From assembly GCF_036365525.1 (NCBI RefSeq), contig NC_090415.1, positions 13,020,001 through 13,084,000 on the forward strand: a DNA stretch of 64,000 nt. The letters are read 5' to 3'. This DNA is from Heterodontus francisci. Lineage: Eukaryota. The notes beneath the pieces were generated by a model, which had not been told where the DNA came from, searched no databases, and saw only the letters and a list, made by a program, of their open reading frames with translations. This document shows, piece after piece, positions 61,593 to 64,000 of the stretch. Both the position numbers and the translations under genes were made by a program. The stretch's first letter is position 1. The number at the start of each line of letters is the position of its first letter.

Positions 61593-61835
61593 TTTGTGCT
61601 TCTCACAGACACAAACTGTCGCAGCAGTCAGATCGTCCAAACCCCTTTGCCGGCCCTTATCCATCTGCATCAGTGACTTTCTGAGTCCCTCTTCCTCATC
61701 AACCATTTCTATTTTGCGAGTACGAACTCGTCTCTTTTTTCACTCTCTATAGTTCCCTTCCTTATCAGGATGTCGCGCCCCTCTGCACTTCCGTCCATCA
61801 ACAGGACCGAATCGTCCAGTATCGTGGGTGTCAGA

Positions 61836-62799
61836 TACATAAATGATTTGGAGGAAAGTATAGGTGGTCTGATTAGCAAGTTTGCAGACGACACTAAGAT
61901 TGGTGGAGTAGCAGATAGTGAAGGGGTCTGTCAGAGAATACAGCAGAATATAAATAGATTGGAGAGTTGGGCAGAAAAATGGCAGATGGAGTTCAATCAG
62001 GGCAAATGCGAGGTGATGCATTTTGGAAGATCCAATTCAAGAGTGAATTATACAGTAAATGGAAAAGTCCTGGGGAAAATTGATGTACAGAGAGACTTGG
62101 GTGTTCAGGTCCATTGTTCCCTGAAGGTGGCAAAGCAGGTCAATAGGGTGGTCAAGAAGGCATACGGCATGCTTTCCTTCATCGGACGGGGTATTGAGTA
62201 CAAGGGTTGGCAGGTCATGTTACAGTTGTCTAAGACTTTGGTTCGGCCACATTTGGAATACTGCGTGCAGTTCTGGTCGCCACATTACCAAAAGGATGTA
62301 GATGCTTTGGAGAGGGTGCAGAGGAGGTTCACCAGGATGTTGCCTGGTATGGAGGGCGTTAGCTATGAAGAGAGGTTGAGCAGATTAGGATTATTTTCAT
62401 TAGAAAGACGGAGGTTGAGGGGGGACCTGATTGAGGTGTACAAAATCATGAGAGGAATAGACAGGGTGGATAGCAAGAAGCTTTTTCCCCAGAGTGGGGG
62501 ACTCAATTACTAGGGGTCACAAGTTCAAAGTGAGAGGAGAAAAGTTTAGGGGGGATATGCGTGGAAAATTCTTTACACAGAGGGTGGTGGGTGCCTGGAA
62601 TGTGTTGCCAGCGGAGGTGGTAGACGCGGGCACGATAGCGTCTTTTAAGATGTATCTAGACAGATACATGAATGGGCAGGAAGCAAAGAGATACAGACCC
62701 TAAGAAAATAGGCGACATGTTTAGATAGAGGATCTGGATCGGCGCAGGCTTGGAGGGCCGAAGGGCCTGTTCCTGTGCTGTAATTTTCTTTGTTCTTTG
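61836..62799 (+). mobile_element. Well preserved 5'-truncated CR1 LINE specific to unit 2
   Basis: Open frame YINDLEESIGGLISKFADDTKIG..RGDLIEVYKIM; empty site at ~29432. Confidence 0.93.
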
Positions 62800-62904
62800 A
62801 GTGGGGCAAATGCGAGCATTGAAGTGCAAGTCCTTATCTCCATGTAGCGTGCCAAATAAGGTTGGTCAGCTGCAGTCAAAAGTAACCACATGAAAGATTT
62901 ATAT

Positions 62905-63992
62905 GACAGCGCTTCTGATATGTCTTCCTTTTTCCTCAACCGAGGATACCCATGTCCTCCCTTTCCACCCCATCAGCCTCCACATCCAAAGAATCATCCT
63001 CCGCCATTTCTGCCACCTCCAGCGTGATGCCACTACCAAATACATCTTCCCCTCCCTTCCCCTGTCAGCATTCCGAAGGGATCATTCCCTCCGCGACACC
63101 CTGGTCCACTCCTCCATTACCCCCACCACCTTGTCCCCTTCACATGGCACCTTCCCCTGCAATCACAGGAGATGTAATACCTGCCCATTTTACTCCTCTC
63201 TACTCACAATCCCAGGCCCCAAACACTCCTTTCGAGTGAAGCAGCGATTTACTTGTACTTCTTTCAATATGGTATACTGTATTCGCTGCTCACAATGTGG
63301 TCTCCTCTACATTGGGGAGACCAAACATATAATGGGTGACCGCTTTGCGTAACACCTCCGCTCAGTCCGAAAGCATGACCCCGAGCTTCCGGTTGCTTGT
63401 CATTACAACACTACCCCCTGCTTACATCTCTGTCCTGGGATTGCTGCAGTGTTCCAGTGAACATCAAGGTAAGCTCGAGGTACAGCATCTCATTTACTGA
63501 TTAGGCACAATGCAACCTGCCAGACTGAGCATTGAGTTCAATAATTTCAGAGCATGACGGGCCCCCCAATTTACTTTTATTTTTAATTATTCTTTCCTTT
63601 TTATCTTTATTTTTATCTTTATTTTATTTTATATCACCTCAGTTGGTTCAGTTTGCTTACCCACTTTTTTTTCATATTTGTACTTGCGGCTGTTCAATTT
63701 TCATCCATTAACACCCTATCTGTACGAATGCTTTGTCTTTCAACACACCATTAACATAATGTTTGCCTTTGTTCCATGACCTTCTGGTCAGCTATTCTGT
63801 GACATTTCCCTTTCTACACCTTCTCCCATGTTATCTCTTGCCCCACCCCCGCTTTACTTGCTTAAAACCTTTCACATTTCTAATATTTACCAGTTCTGAA
63901 GAAGGGTCACTGACCTGAAATGTTAACTCTGCTTCTCTCTCCACAAATGCTGCCAAACCAGCTGAGTATATCCAGCATTTCTTGTTTTCATT
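62905..63992 (+). mobile_element. 5'-truncated Penelope-like element with GIY-YIG and hammerhead motif (63892-63928)
   Basis: VYCIRCSQCGLLYIGETK; flanked by ATGAAAGATTTATA (62890) and ATGAAAGA (63993, window end); empty site at 29522. Confidence 0.92.
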
Positions 63993-64000
63993 ATGAAAGA

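Overview
Vertebrate genomic DNA, almost certainly from a shark or ray (inferred from HE1-type V-SINEs with CR1 partner tails, Deu-domain SINEs, MVD(D/E)KK-type H2B N-termini and a divergent H1). The window holds two consecutive, diverged copies of a ~29-34 kb replication-dependent histone repeat unit (unit 1 ~356-29522, unit 2 ~29523-63992) plus the tail of the previous unit. Unit 1 has a full set, H1(+) H4(+) H3(+) H2A(-) H2B(-), each gene with a 3' stem-loop. Unit 2 keeps only H2A(-) and H2B(-) and an orphan H3 3' UTR. The spacers contain a strand-biased degenerate ~41-bp satellite, internal segmental duplications and many TE fragments (CR1, a second LINE family, L2, RTE, Penelope, pogo/Tc2, three SINE families) and a tRNA-Gly pseudogene. 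The most interesting signals are (1) a candidate non-histone minus-strand spliced transcription unit in both repeat units (NRF1-type promoter, conserved ATG + 22-nt exon end + GTAAGT donor, conserved downstream modules), and (2) minimal hammerhead ribozyme motifs in Penelope termini and their short derivatives, including a head-to-head palindromic form. Everything was read by eye: TE boundaries and family names are approximate and no searches were run.
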